IMG/VR virus record: IMGVR_UViG_3300037424_001167
Location: 3,867 to 67,866 of that record
Length of the DNA: 64,000 nt
Strand: one strand, 5' to 3'
DNA from: a virus
Taxonomy: Duplodnaviria; Caudoviricetes
A program made the position numbers and the translations under genes. The notes below the pieces were generated by a model. It saw only the letters and a list, made by a program, of their open reading frames with translations. It was not told the origin of the DNA and searched no databases. This document shows, in pieces, positions 9,540-19,228 of the stretch (positions are counted from its first letter, which is position 1; each line of letters begins with the position of its first letter).

Positions 9540-9562
9540 TTGAAAACTCCTTTCTGCAAGTT

Positions 9563-9591
9563 ATTATAAACCACACACAGCAACTTGTCAA
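9563..9591 (-). promoter_or_regulatory. Promoter with GTTGCTG box
   Basis: Minus strand TTGACA-agttgctgtgtgtggtt(17)-TATAAT. Confidence 0.8.
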
Positions 9592-9650
9592 TATCTATCT
9601 ATAAGTTGCTATAAAAAAGAGGACTGCCCGTGCATGCAATCCCCTTCGCG

Positions 9651-10301
9651 CTAGACGCTTTCGCCTTTCCTCTGAGGCCCTAGTTCTCCCATTCCAATAT
9701 CACCCGCCAGCACATCAACAACCCATAACCAATCAAATCGATGAGGATCTAACTGGTTTGGGTGCTCAAAGATAAAAGTCCTAATTGCGCTCAAGCTTAT
9801 CTGCCACACGTCGTGATTAAAAGCTGTGTCTCTCTTCGTAGCCCTGAGCCAACCTTTTTTAATCCACGAGATTACCTTATCATGCTTAATGCCCAATGCG
9901 TCTCCCAATTGAGACGCATTATAATACTCTGCCTTTTCCTCTCTTTCCAGTCCCAATTGAGCTATTTTTGATTTGATGGATGTCGAGTGTTTGCGTATCA
10001 ACTTTTGCAGCTTACGCATGGATAGTCTATTAAAGTTATCCCTCAACAATTTTTCTTGTTGAGGGGACCAGGATGAGCGTGGGCAGACCTTGCCAAGCTC
10101 CCGTGCCCATCGCTGTATCACGCGTCTAGGCACCCCTGGTAGGTACCTTTGAAGCATATCTGTACGGTGCTTGGAGCCGTCGTACAGTTCCATGATGTAT
10201 TTTCTTCCCCTGTCATCAAGAAAATACTTTTGATTGTTTCCTCCTCTATGCGATCGTTTCGCGCCAACCTGATCAGGAGGAATGATTGGCTGTTCTGGCA
10301 T
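9651..10301 (-). CDS. Multi-HTH DNA-binding protein
   Basis: WSPQQEKLLRDNF Myb-like segment and YYNASQLGDALGIKHDKVISWIKKGWL HTH. Confidence 0.65.
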   Translation of the reverse strand: MPEQPIIPPDQVGAKRSHRGGNNQKYFLDDRGRKYIMELYDGSKHRTDMLQRYLPGVPRRVIQRWARELGKVCPRSSWSPQQEKLLRDNFNRLSMRKLQKLIRKHSTSIKSKIAQLGLEREEKAEYYNASQLGDALGIKHDKVISWIKKGWLRATKRDTAFNHDVWQISLSAIRTFIFEHPNQLDPHRFDWLWVVDVLAGDIGMGELGPQRKGESV

Positions 10302-12520
10302 TAAATTGCGATCTCCTCTTCACAGAAGTCCCACAACGTTGTTTGCGTCCGTGCACTAAGAGCATTCTCAATGTTCTTGCACGCTGTTTTAAAGTAACTT
10401 GGCTTAAGCTCTATTCCTACAAATTTCCTATTTTGCTGCATTGATACATGTCCTTCCGACCCGATACCCATAAAAGGACTAAGGACCGTTTCGCCTGGAT
10501 TGCTCCATAGCCTGATGCATCTCTCAATAACGCCTAATTGAAGAGGACATACATGCTTTTCATCTTTTTCCTCTTTTGCAACTTTTGTGTTGAGCGTTTC
10601 CGTTTCCTTGATGTCATACCAGATGGGACGAGCCCACTGTATCCATTCTTCGTTGGTGACATCTGGAAGGATTGGGACTGCATTGGTTCCTGGCTTCCTG
10701 AATAGGAGAATATAGTCTGCAAGCCCTGGGCGGGACCAAGAACTGTCCTTATGCAGCTGAATAAACATGAGGCCTTTTGCTTTTGTTCTAACAGCTTGAA
10801 CCTGTGGGTCCTTATCAATTACCACTTCTCCATGATAAACAAAGCCTCTATCCACAAATGCTCTAACTACCTCACCTCGAAAGTCCTTCAGGCCAATAAA
10901 ACCATCATGAACGAGGCTTGCAGCTAGCTGCTGAACATGAACACATACGTTCCTACCTTGCTTTGTTACTCTAAGTAAGTGGTCAATAATGTAGTAAAAG
11001 TGCTCGTAGAATTGTCCCTCGCTTTTGCAATTGCCTAAATCACGCTCTGTAGCAGAATACGTGTATAAACTGGAAAATGGAGGTGAAAAGACCGATAAGT
11101 CGACTGATGCATCTGCAACCTCTGCAAGCCGTTCACAGGAGTCTCCTAGCATCAAGGTGTAGTTTTCATCTCGAATAGTCTTTTCTGTATATTCTGGTTT
11201 CTGCTCTACGTTTTCGATTTCATCGCGCTCAAACTGTGTCACATGCTTGATCAGTTGATCGTTCATTTTTGTTGCTTCTTTCTCTTTCTCTATGACGTTC
11301 TGAAAGATCTCTTCCTCAATTTCCGATAATACAATATACACATTTACAGGATGATCTTGTCCGAAACGATAACATCTACGCACTGCTTGGTAGTATAACT
11401 CAAATGAGTCATTTAGCCCGACAAAGATCATATTGTGACAATTCTGGAGATTAATGCCTGAACCTGCAATCTTTGCTTTTGTGATCAGGACGCGTATTTT
11501 GCCGTCCTGAAATCTCTCGATTGCCCAGATCTTCTTGTCAGGCTTGTCGGATCCGCAAATCTCCATACTATCGGTAATACCCCTTGCAAGGAGGGATGAC
11601 TCATCGTTCATCCCACACCAGATCACCCATTGTTCGTCACTTGACTTCACAATCTCAATGGCGGCTTGCACACGCTCCTCAATGGTGCCCTTACGGGCCT
11701 GTGAACGCTCTACGATGCCCTTCAAGCCTGCAAAGAATAGTTGACCTTCGGGCACGTAGTCGGAGGCCGTAACGACCTTGTGGACGTTAAGCGGAGGAAG
11801 AATGTAGCCTTCATCGGAATAGTTTCCAATATTGGATGGCAACTGCACGGACATAGACCAGCTAGCAAGCCACTTGTAAAAGGCGTCCTGAGCATGTCCT
11901 TTGAGTCTCCAGCCGTCCCCAGATCCATTCCGACTATCGTGGACAAAGAACATGCTGAGCATCTCTCCCCTGGTCATGATGCCAAGGAATTCAGCATGCT
12001 GCCCTATTTCCGTGTGATCATTTGGTGCAGGGGTAGCTGTGCAGCACAAACGATACGGCGTACTCCTAAACATCTCTATGAGCTTGGTGCGTATTGCGCC
12101 TGTAAGGCTCTTGAGGATTGAAGACTCGTCTAGAACAACAGTTCCAAAGTCATCGGGATTGAAATGAGAAATCATCTCGTAGTTGGTGATATTGATGCCA
12201 TCGATCAAATCATTCCTTGAACGCGTGTAGTGGGCCGTGATACCGATTTTTAGCGCCTCAGAGACTGTTTGGCGGGCTACGGACAGCGGAGCGATGATGA
12301 GTGATCGTTCCCCAGTAAGCCTGGCAAATTCCAATTGACAGTTTGTCTTCCCTAAACCTGTATTGGCGAATAGTGCCGCTCTTCCCTTTCTGAGCGCCCA
12401 CTGAACTAATGCCTTCTGGAATGGAAACAACCGATCATGTATCAATGTGAGTGGGACCTCAATCCCACTCGACTGCAATATTACGCTTTTTGACTGTAAG
12501 AAATCTTCGTATGCTAACAT
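10301..12520 (-). CDS. SNF2-like helicase fused to an N4/N6 DNA methyltransferase
   Basis: TGLGKT, LDESS, TATP, QAVRRCYRFGQ, followed by SPPF (motif IV) and SPFMGIGS (motif I). Confidence 0.88.
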   Translation of the reverse strand: MLAYEDFLQSKSVILQSSGIEVPLTLIHDRLFPFQKALVQWALRKGRAALFANTGLGKTNCQLEFARLTGERSLIIAPLSVARQTVSEALKIGITAHYTRSRNDLIDGINITNYEMISHFNPDDFGTVVLDESSILKSLTGAIRTKLIEMFRSTPYRLCCTATPAPNDHTEIGQHAEFLGIMTRGEMLSMFFVHDSRNGSGDGWRLKGHAQDAFYKWLASWSMSVQLPSNIGNYSDEGYILPPLNVHKVVTASDYVPEGQLFFAGLKGIVERSQARKGTIEERVQAAIEIVKSSDEQWVIWCGMNDESSLLARGITDSMEICGSDKPDKKIWAIERFQDGKIRVLITKAKIAGSGINLQNCHNMIFVGLNDSFELYYQAVRRCYRFGQDHPVNVYIVLSEIEEEIFQNVIEKEKEATKMNDQLIKHVTQFERDEIENVEQKPEYTEKTIRDENYTLMLGDSCERLAEVADASVDLSVFSPPFSSLYTYSATERDLGNCKSEGQFYEHFYYIIDHLLRVTKQGRNVCVHVQQLAASLVHDGFIGLKDFRGEVVRAFVDRGFVYHGEVVIDKDPQVQAVRTKAKGLMFIQLHKDSSWSRPGLADYILLFRKPGTNAVPILPDVTNEEWIQWARPIWYDIKETETLNTKVAKEEKDEKHVCPLQLGVIERCIRLWSNPGETVLSPFMGIGSEGHVSMQQNRKFVGIELKPSYFKTACKNIENALSARTQTTLWDFCEEEIAI

Positions 12521-12558
12521 GTGCTTTCCTCTGGTCTACTATTCAACTTTATACAGCA

Positions 12559-12587
12559 ACTATACCACACTTGTAGCAACAAGTCAA
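12559..12587 (-). promoter_or_regulatory. Promoter with GTTGCTA box
   Basis: Minus strand TTGACT-tgttgctacaagtgtgg(17)-TATAGT; about 40 bp nearly identical to 16642-16681. Confidence 0.8.
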
Positions 12588-12786
12588 CACTTAAGTCAAC
12601 ATGGCCACAAATTGCTACAAGCTTTCCCCAAGCAGGGGGGGGTAGTTGGTTGTTCTTGTGTAACATTTAGCCCCTGAATAGAACAAATATTCAGCATAAA
12701 ATAGACCTGCACACACCTGCATGTTCTAAAAAGCAACTATAAAATAGGCTTGAGACCAGGATACAAGCCAATCAAAATTAGAACTA

Positions 12787-12999
12787 GCACACTTGCATGA
12801 CTTGCATCAGTATTACAGAAAAAGAAACCAATGTGAATATTTTAATGTGTACTTTTTAATAGTAACATTACACTATATGTATGCGTATAGTACTATAGTA
12901 CTACTACTATTCTATATATAATATATAATATAGCAAATTGTTATATTGAGTATTATTCTCTACTATACTCTAAAGGTTGTATGTACAACATAATGTTAT
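12787..12999 (+). repeat. Copy A of a 213-bp inverted repeat (AT-rich, origin-like)
   Basis: Reverse complement of 35009-35221 with 4 mismatches and no indels, compared base by base. Confidence 0.95.
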
Positions 13000-13191
13000 T
13001 ACAATACTGTACAATATACATATGCCCCCTTGCATGGTGAAATGTTAACATTAGTTTCTTTTTCTGTAATACCAGGTGCAAGTTGTGTAGGTGTGCAAGT
13101 CTTGACTGTGGACCAGCCTGTGAAGCGGGTTTAGGTATGATTTTTGACGTGCATTGAAGCTGCATAGACATGCACAGGCTAAAAATGGACA

Positions 13192-13229
13192 AAAAAAACA
13201 GGGTAGGATGTGTGCTCCTACCCTGTTTT
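13192..13229 (-). terminator. Intrinsic terminator
   Basis: AAAACAGGGTAGG-atgtgtgct-CCTACCCTGTTTT. Confidence 0.7.
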
Positions 13230-13240
13230 GCAGTATTTAT

Positions 13241-13696
13241 CTATAAATACTTTGCGGCGCTTCTTTCACAAAATGCCAGTAGTTGACGTGCTACTTCTTC
13301 TGCATTGTCATTTGATACGACTTTAAAATGTATATGGCCATTGCTGGTAGACCATTCATGACAAAGAAGCATCATCAGGCAAAACGTTTCATCTTTGAGA
13401 TTTAACCTGTAATCCATGTATAAAGGATCAAGGTATAATTCAATGTGAACATTGTGCTTGTTGTAAGCGGGCCCGATAATAAGTTCTGGGTACCCATGAG
13501 CATAGCAGTAGTGGATATAGACAGGTTTGACGGTTTGCGCTGCTATTTTGCTCTTTGGTAGAACAAGATATCTACGGGATGCGGCTATCTCTACGATTTC
13601 CCTGTTTTTAGCGGACATGCGTTCCTTTTCACGCTCATACAAGTTCAGATATATTGATCTTTGTCTTTCCTTGGATTGTTTCTCTCGTGTGTCCAT
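13241..13696 (-). CDS. Hypothetical protein
   Basis: Start set at MDTREK; follows the DUF3987-like gene. Confidence 0.6.
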   Translation of the reverse strand: MDTREKQSKERQRSIYLNLYEREKERMSAKNREIVEIAASRRYLVLPKSKIAAQTVKPVYIHYCYAHGYPELIIGPAYNKHNVHIELYLDPLYMDYRLNLKDETFCLMMLLCHEWSTSNGHIHFKVVSNDNAEEVARQLLAFCERSAAKYL

Positions 13697-13707
13697 TTCT
13701 TTTGTCC

Positions 13708-15468
13708 TTAATCTTTGATGCGATACGAGCCAGCGGAGTCTGCTCTCTTTGCCGGTTCCCAAACAACTACAGTGCCCTCAAGTGGCTTGAGAGCTTTACT
13801 TATCTCCTCTGTGCTATATTTCTCATGCAAGCGTCTACGTATCTGAGCAACGGATAGCCATGCTTGTTTTTCATTGTCAGACTGTTTTGCTTGCTTGGAG
13901 GCTGTTCTCAGAAGTGTCACGATTTCACTTTCTTCTTGCGATTTGGCTGTTTTAAAGCCAGTTGCCTGTTGATAGAACTTAAGAACGCCACTCCTGAATA
14001 TCTCGACAAAGTACTGAGCGAGATACATATGATCGAGAGATATGGTTGTCTCTTTAGGATTGCCGTTTCTGTTCTCCACACTGGCAAAGAGAATTGCAAT
14101 TCTCAAATGAAGAGTGGAAAGGCGTCCGTAGTTCGTCCTCAGATCAACAGGGAACCACTCTGCATGGGATATGACCTTTAGGGCTGATCTGTATGCCTTG
14201 TACTGTTCATAGGCGGCGCGGTCGACTTTACAGAGATATTCTGGGAGAGGATTGATGAATTCTACCTCCATTATTTCATCAATTTTAGGCTCTCCTTTTT
14301 TGCTATCGTCATTCTGCCTCTCCTTTACCCTCACGTCTACCTCTGGGAACCCCAGTGACTCATGCCATTGACGCAGTATCTTGACCAGCTCAGGAGGCGC
14401 TGGTATGCGCTCAAGGTCAGCGCAGTCATCAATGTAGGTATTGTCAGGTGCGCAAGCATAATTGTTTCTACCTGATTGCCCATCCCCCCAGAAATCCGAA
14501 CCTGTCTTAGCAATGCTTTTAAGGTTTCTTGGCACTATGGAGCACAACATTGGCAAATAAGGTTTTTCTACATATTCCTCTTTCCTTGCCTGGGTATCCT
14601 TCCCAATTGGCTCACTGCAATCATCTATCTGTAAAAGGAATTGAATGTATCCTGATGTATTGGAATGCTCTTTGCTCATGTTTTTCAAAACATGCCCGTA
14701 CTCATCCCAATACATGCTTTTCTGAGCTGACCATGCTCTTTCTCTCCTGTAGCTCTCTTTTTCGTCATGTGTCTCATCTTGCCTCATTGCATCCCATTCC
14801 TCTACTGATATTTTCCTGCCAAGCATATTAGATATGAGCTTTTCAGGTGTTACCTCTTTTGTGCGAATAAGCAAATGATCTAATCCCAAGCTCTCTCTCA
14901 TCATTGTTATCGCAACGCTGGCCGTTGTACTTTTTGCGTAGTCAGTAGAACCGGCACATAGCACAATTCTAAGATTAGTGTATAGCTTCTTATTTGCCAT
15001 GTGCAGGTAGATCCTACGTGCGGCTATTGACGATAGAAGGAAAAGGAAGCTTGCAGGGTGGAAATCCTCATATCCCTCCTTTGATACTTTCTTACTGTGT
15101 TCTACGTACATTTGCGCAATTCTGTACGCCTCATGATCTTCAAGCTTGAAAGTTGCAGGTATCTTTACCTGCTCGGGTAATTCAAATTGCTTTTCGTTTA
15201 CTTGGGTACCATCATCTTCCTCCTCTTCAATGAGATCCTTGAGTGCTGGATCATTCTTGATAGCATATGCCATCTTCTCAAGGAATTCAGGAGTTATCTT
15301 TTTTGCTTTCTTAACCCAATTCTCATGATGCTCTAGTGCGCTTGTCCACTCTCCGTATTCCCCTGGTCTTGGCACTAATTCGCCTCTTCTGAGATATTCA
15401 ATTGCCTCACGTGCCAATTGTTGACAATCCTGGTCACTTATGGTATGATTTGATCTATCAGTAGTCAT
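13708..15468 (-). CDS. DUF3987/YfjI-like replication-associated P-loop protein
   Basis: FLLSSIAARR...LYTNL..VL.AGST..AKST..., TPEKLI, WDEYG, Y.RL....LRIA.L pattern. Confidence 0.7.
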   Translation of the reverse strand: MTTDRSNHTISDQDCQQLAREAIEYLRRGELVPRPGEYGEWTSALEHHENWVKKAKKITPEFLEKMAYAIKNDPALKDLIEEEEDDGTQVNEKQFELPEQVKIPATFKLEDHEAYRIAQMYVEHSKKVSKEGYEDFHPASFLFLLSSIAARRIYLHMANKKLYTNLRIVLCAGSTDYAKSTTASVAITMMRESLGLDHLLIRTKEVTPEKLISNMLGRKISVEEWDAMRQDETHDEKESYRRERAWSAQKSMYWDEYGHVLKNMSKEHSNTSGYIQFLLQIDDCSEPIGKDTQARKEEYVEKPYLPMLCSIVPRNLKSIAKTGSDFWGDGQSGRNNYACAPDNTYIDDCADLERIPAPPELVKILRQWHESLGFPEVDVRVKERQNDDSKKGEPKIDEIMEVEFINPLPEYLCKVDRAAYEQYKAYRSALKVISHAEWFPVDLRTNYGRLSTLHLRIAILFASVENRNGNPKETTISLDHMYLAQYFVEIFRSGVLKFYQQATGFKTAKSQEESEIVTLLRTASKQAKQSDNEKQAWLSVAQIRRRLHEKYSTEEISKALKPLEGTVVVWEPAKRADSAGSYRIKD

Positions 15469-15495
15469 CTGTCTTAAAATCCTTTTCTTGAAAAA

Positions 15496-15540
15496 TAAAA
15501 CCCGCTCAGATTTGTCGGTCTAGAGGCGGGTTTTATTTTT
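15496..15540. terminator. Bidirectional terminator-like hairpin
   Basis: AAAATAAAACCCGC...GCGGGTTTTATTTT. Confidence 0.65.
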
Positions 15541-15553
15541 GTATCTAAACCCA

Positions 15554-15581
15554 TATAGCAACTTGATGATACGTTGCTATA
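15554..15581. promoter_or_regulatory. Operator-like palindrome TATAGCAAC-N10-GTTGCTATA
   Basis: Perfect 9-bp inverted repeat of the same half-site found in the early promoters; upstream of the DUF3987-like gene. Confidence 0.6.
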
Positions 15582-15861
15582 GTATCTCTCTCTCCGATGA
15601 GAAATGCAATCCCATGAAAGTCACTCCCCCAGGACAAAAACTGAGGATTGCCAGTCCCTCTACCAGCTGATTTATCCTCTTAGCCGTCTCTCCCTTCTTG
15701 TCCGATTTGTAGAGAATAATATCCCCATGCTCAGCAATCTCCCATGCGATCTTACGTGCACGGTTAATATGCTCGTCTGTTATACCGCCACTGTCACGAA
15801 TTGCCTGTATCGCCAGTGGCACCATTGCCTCTAGATGCGTCTTTAGGAGAAAATCGCTCAT
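15577..15861 (-). CDS. Hypothetical protein
   Basis: Start MSDFLL coupled to the stop of the RusA-like gene. Confidence 0.65.
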   Translation of the reverse strand: MSDFLLKTHLEAMVPLAIQAIRDSGGITDEHINRARKIAWEIAEHGDIILYKSDKKGETAKRINQLVEGLAILSFCPGGVTFMGLHFSSEREIL

Positions 15862-16328
15862 TTGCCTATCCTGTCTATGCATACGCTTATTGCAATCTCA
15901 CATCTAGGATTATCTCTGTCCGCGTATTTCTCTCCACTAAAACGAACAACGCGATTATCATTTATTCCTATTTCATCAAATGCTGCATCCTCTGCTGCTT
16001 TTATTGCACCTGATGCATCTCTCCTCCACAGTGTATCAAAATAGAAGATCAAATGCCATGCAAGGGGGATTTTGACCTTACTTGCCTTAATTGCTTCAAT
16101 AACAGCATCATTCCTTTTGATATTCATCAACTGATAATGAGCCTCTTCCTTGAAATTAATTAAGGCTTCCGTGCCCATAATCGCATGTGCATGTTTTCCC
16201 TGCTTTGTCACCATACTCCTAATGTTGAACGATTTGTTCACACTTGGCGGTAATGGCATCGTGGCCACAAAGAACGGCTCCAAAGGCCACACCACCCCTT
16301 GCAAGGGGGGTGCTTTAGCTTTTGTCAT
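15858..16328 (-). CDS. rusA: RusA-family Holliday junction resolvase
   Basis: MPLPPSVN, RRDASGAIKAAEDA, GINDNRV motifs. Confidence 0.75.
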   Translation of the reverse strand: MTKAKAPPLQGVVWPLEPFFVATMPLPPSVNKSFNIRSMVTKQGKHAHAIMGTEALINFKEEAHYQLMNIKRNDAVIEAIKASKVKIPLAWHLIFYFDTLWRRDASGAIKAAEDAAFDEIGINDNRVVRFSGEKYADRDNPRCEIAISVCIDRIGK

Positions 16329-16337
16329 GATACTCCT

Positions 16338-16616
16338 TTAATTCGTGCATGTGGCGCAAATTGCCACTCCACAAAATTTCTTTGCTAAACGTCCGCATAG
16401 GATACAGCTTGCTACTTGATTTGAACGTTTCTTTGCTTCAAGATATTGATGCTCTTCCTTCTCTGCAATTTGAGCGTGCTTGCAGTATTGTGACATGCAC
16501 ACACTGCATGTCACACGTCCTCTAAATAATTCAACAATATACGTGTTGTTATCAACAAATACCTCATAGCGAACAATAACGCCATGATCAACTCTCTTGT
16601 GCTCTTGTCCTATCAC
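16338..16616 (-). CDS. Small SWIM-like zinc-finger protein
   Basis: VTCSVC...YCKH; GTG start after AAGGAG. Confidence 0.55.
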   Translation of the reverse strand: MIGQEHKRVDHGVIVRYEVFVDNNTYIVELFRGRVTCSVCMSQYCKHAQIAEKEEHQYLEAKKRSNQVASCILCGRLAKKFCGVAICATCTN

Positions 16617-16650
16617 TTGTTTTTCTCCTTTTGTATCTTGGTATACAGCA

Positions 16651-16679
16651 ACTATACCACACTTGTAGCAACTTGTCAA
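16651..16679 (-). promoter_or_regulatory. Promoter with GTTGCTA box
   Basis: Minus strand TTGACA-agttgctacaagtgtgg(17)-TATAGT. Confidence 0.8.
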
Positions 16680-16704
16680 CATTGCTATGATTTTTGAGCA
16701 TAAG

Positions 16705-16742
16705 AAAAGAGCCTCTCTAGCGGTCAGCTAGAGAGGCTCTTT
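16705..16742. terminator. Intrinsic terminator
   Basis: AAAGAGCCTCTCTAGC-ggtca-GCTAGAGAGGCTCTTT perfect 16-bp stem. Confidence 0.8.
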
Positions 16743-16769
16743 AGGGCAATTGCTACTGCATGGATCCTC

Positions 16770-17129
16770 CTATTTTATGCTGTACCCAGCATCTTTCAGC
16801 CGTTTTTCTACGGCTTTGATCACTTTTTTATCCAATGCAACAATGCAATGGCATTGGCGTACACTGTTGTTGGGGCAATGTACCTCTTGGATATCCTCAA
16901 TATTCAGAGAGGCAATTTTTTCGGCTTGCTTTCCGCCAATCAAATCGGATATTGCGCCGAGTTGACGCAAGCCGCTCCTCAGCTTCTCTTCTTTCGAAGC
17001 GGAGGGATCAGGATCGACGAAATGGATATTCCCTTCTTGTGGATAGGGATCCCTAGGACCGTCCGCAATTAATATGCGGTAATTTTGCTCGTTTCCGTTA
17101 AACGCGCAATCACAAACTTTTGCTTGCAT
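16770..17129 (-). CDS. Hypothetical protein
   Basis: Start set at MQAKVC; operon context. Confidence 0.6.
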   Translation of the reverse strand: MQAKVCDCAFNGNEQNYRILIADGPRDPYPQEGNIHFVDPDPSASKEEKLRSGLRQLGAISDLIGGKQAEKIASLNIEDIQEVHCPNNSVRQCHCIVALDKKVIKAVEKRLKDAGYSIK

Positions 17130-17613
17130 TATTTGAACCTTTCCCTGTGGGTACCCAAGTATATTCCCCAACTTTGAGGAATATTTTTGCTCCTGCAAGT
17201 ACGTTGTACACTTGTTCCAGGTCCTTACCCAGGACCCAAAACGCCGCCTCATCGTAACCGGAATTACCGCTATAGTTTGTGGGACCGTTAATAGCCTTAT
17301 TCTGAACCAAGCGAACATAGGACGGGTCCGCCATGTCCCATTCCGCTTTGAAGCATCTGGCCACTATGTCCCACTTTTCAGATTGATAGCGTGCCTCCTC
17401 ATCGGTGGCATTGGTCATGAGGAGATCGCCAAGTGCCTCAATGAGATCCTCCACATGTACTCTACGAGTAAGCAGCGGGGCCTCATATCCTGCCTCAAGA
17501 CGAACGTATATAGGTTCGATCGGGTCCACATCGGATGGAAGTGGATTAAATACTTTTCTCCTCTCCTCTCCCCCCGACCCTCTGTTCATGTTACTAATCT
17601 CTGGGTTAAACAT
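17110..17613 (-). CDS. Hypothetical protein
   Basis: Start set at MFNPEI after GGAGGA. Confidence 0.65.
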   Translation of the reverse strand: MFNPEISNMNRGSGGEERRKVFNPLPSDVDPIEPIYVRLEAGYEAPLLTRRVHVEDLIEALGDLLMTNATDEEARYQSEKWDIVARCFKAEWDMADPSYVRLVQNKAINGPTNYSGNSGYDEAAFWVLGKDLEQVYNVLAGAKIFLKVGEYTWVPTGKGSNNASKSL

Positions 17614-17649
17614 AATATCCTCCTGAAGAGGCATTGCTGCCCCACTGTG

Positions 17650-17850
17650 CTAATGTGATCCGAATTCGTTTAATTCGGCCTGCTGCACCCAACAGGATTC
17701 ACAGAATGGATTTCCATATCCACTGTAATTGTTGCAATACGCGCACTTGTCAGACGCGTAGAACGTGATACCTTTTCCGCAGATAGACTGCGTTACTTCT
17801 TGCACTTCAGTGAGAGGCTCTTTTTTTGTGTCTTTGTTAGTATCTTTCAT
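17650..17850 (-). CDS. Small Cys-rich hypothetical protein
   Basis: CAYC...FCESCW; GAAAGGAC RBS. Confidence 0.55.
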   Translation of the reverse strand: MKDTNKDTKKEPLTEVQEVTQSICGKGITFYASDKCAYCNNYSGYGNPFCESCWVQQAELNEFGSH

Positions 17851-17879
17851 CAAACGTCCTTTCTGGATACCCATGCCCT

Positions 17880-18383
17880 TTAGGCATCTTGCAGGATATC
17901 CTGCAAGATTTTGATGTATAGTGGAAGGTACACTTTGCGGAATTGATATGCCTCCTCCACAGTGGACAGTTTATCCGCGTGGATAAAAGAATCGGGCCGA
18001 CCACTACTCCGACTCACTTGACTCTTTTCTTCTGATCCATAGAAACGATAATATCCACTATGGTATCCAGGCGTGCCTGGAACATAGAACAGTGCCCTCA
18101 TAGCGTCTAGGTGCTCTTTGATGTCCCTTTCGGCCTTGAAATATCTGCTCTTGCTGTGCTCAAGGTAGTCTTGGTAGAGGTCTTCAGTCCTACCAAGACT
18201 ACGCTGTTTAGCAGCGAGATGCCCCTCCGCTTCTGCTTTCAACTGATGAACAGTGCATTTGTTGCTCAGCTGAACTAAATTCATCATGACACCGTACCTC
18301 ACCTGCTCCTCGAATGTCTCACCTTTTACGAGGATACTTGATTTACGGAACTCATCGATAATTGCTTTAATTGATTGTGGCAT
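17880..18383 (-). CDS. Hypothetical protein
   Basis: Start set at MPQSIK after GAGGAAAC. Confidence 0.65.
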   Translation of the reverse strand: MPQSIKAIIDEFRKSSILVKGETFEEQVRYGVMMNLVQLSNKCTVHQLKAEAEGHLAAKQRSLGRTEDLYQDYLEHSKSRYFKAERDIKEHLDAMRALFYVPGTPGYHSGYYRFYGSEEKSQVSRSSGRPDSFIHADKLSTVEEAYQFRKVYLPLYIKILQDILQDA

Positions 18384-18467
18384 TTGTTGTTTCCTCTTTC
18401 TTGCTATTCGACCGATTTGGCCGCTCCTGATCACCACCGAAGCGGTGAGCAGGGCCGACAAACGGGA

Positions 18468-18734
18468 CTAATCGATGACGAACCTCTCATCATGCTCGCG
18501 AAGATCCATAAACATACCATCTAATCTTAGAGAGACAGATGGGACTTCTCTCACAGAGAATGAGCATTCAAACCTATTACCTGATGGATGATCAGAGAAA
18601 TCATATCTCAATTGAGATCGGACTTCATTTTGGATCTCTTCTATAGACGAACCTGACATAACGGAAACGACATTCCAAAAAACATCATATTCCGACATGT
18701 CGGTGACTTCTGCATGAACAATGTATTGTGGCAT
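18468..18734 (-). CDS. Hypothetical protein
   Basis: 88-aa ORF with GAAAGG RBS. Confidence 0.65.
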   Translation of the reverse strand: MPQYIVHAEVTDMSEYDVFWNVVSVMSGSSIEEIQNEVRSQLRYDFSDHPSGNRFECSFSVREVPSVSLRLDGMFMDLREHDERFVID

Positions 18735-18823
18735 TTTGTGCCTTTTCTTTCTTCAATTAATCGAGCCCACTCGACTCGCACTTGCCAAGCCCGAAAACTT
18801 AGCAAGAACCAACCGAAAGGGAA

Positions 18824-19144
18824 CTATATTTTATAACGGAAATTGCTCTTAGCATCCATTTCCCTAGTTTTCATCCCATCGGGATCTAATTCCCAATGAG
18901 ACCACTTTTCGTCCTGCCATACGGGGAATTCCTGGCCGTCAATGACCACAATCCCCGACTTCCTCTCCCAACTTTCACCGTACGCTTTGACGTACCTCAC
19001 CCCTCTAACCACATCCAAACCATCAAAAACCTCTTCTCCTACTTTCACCCTGGCATTTCTGCAAGAGGCTTTTAGAGAGGAGACGAAACGATTACGCTTC
19101 TCCTCCTCGTCGCCTTTAAACATACCTGCTTGTATCCAACCCAT
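18824..19144 (-). CDS. Hypothetical protein
   Basis: ORF with GAAAGG RBS. Confidence 0.6.
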   Translation of the reverse strand: MGWIQAGMFKGDEEEKRNRFVSSLKASCRNARVKVGEEVFDGLDVVRGVRYVKAYGESWERKSGIVVIDGQEFPVWQDEKWSHWELDPDGMKTREMDAKSNFRYKI

Positions 19145-19228
19145 TGTTGTTGCCTTTCTTGCTATCAAGCCTACAATTGGCTCGCGCCTGCCGATTACAG
19201 AGCAACCGGCAGAAACTAACCAACTGAA

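Noticed and set aside
12787-13100. Hairpin-telomere (protelomerase) site of a linear phage-plasmid
   Set aside because: No protelomerase-like gene in the window, and the element lacks a long perfect palindrome
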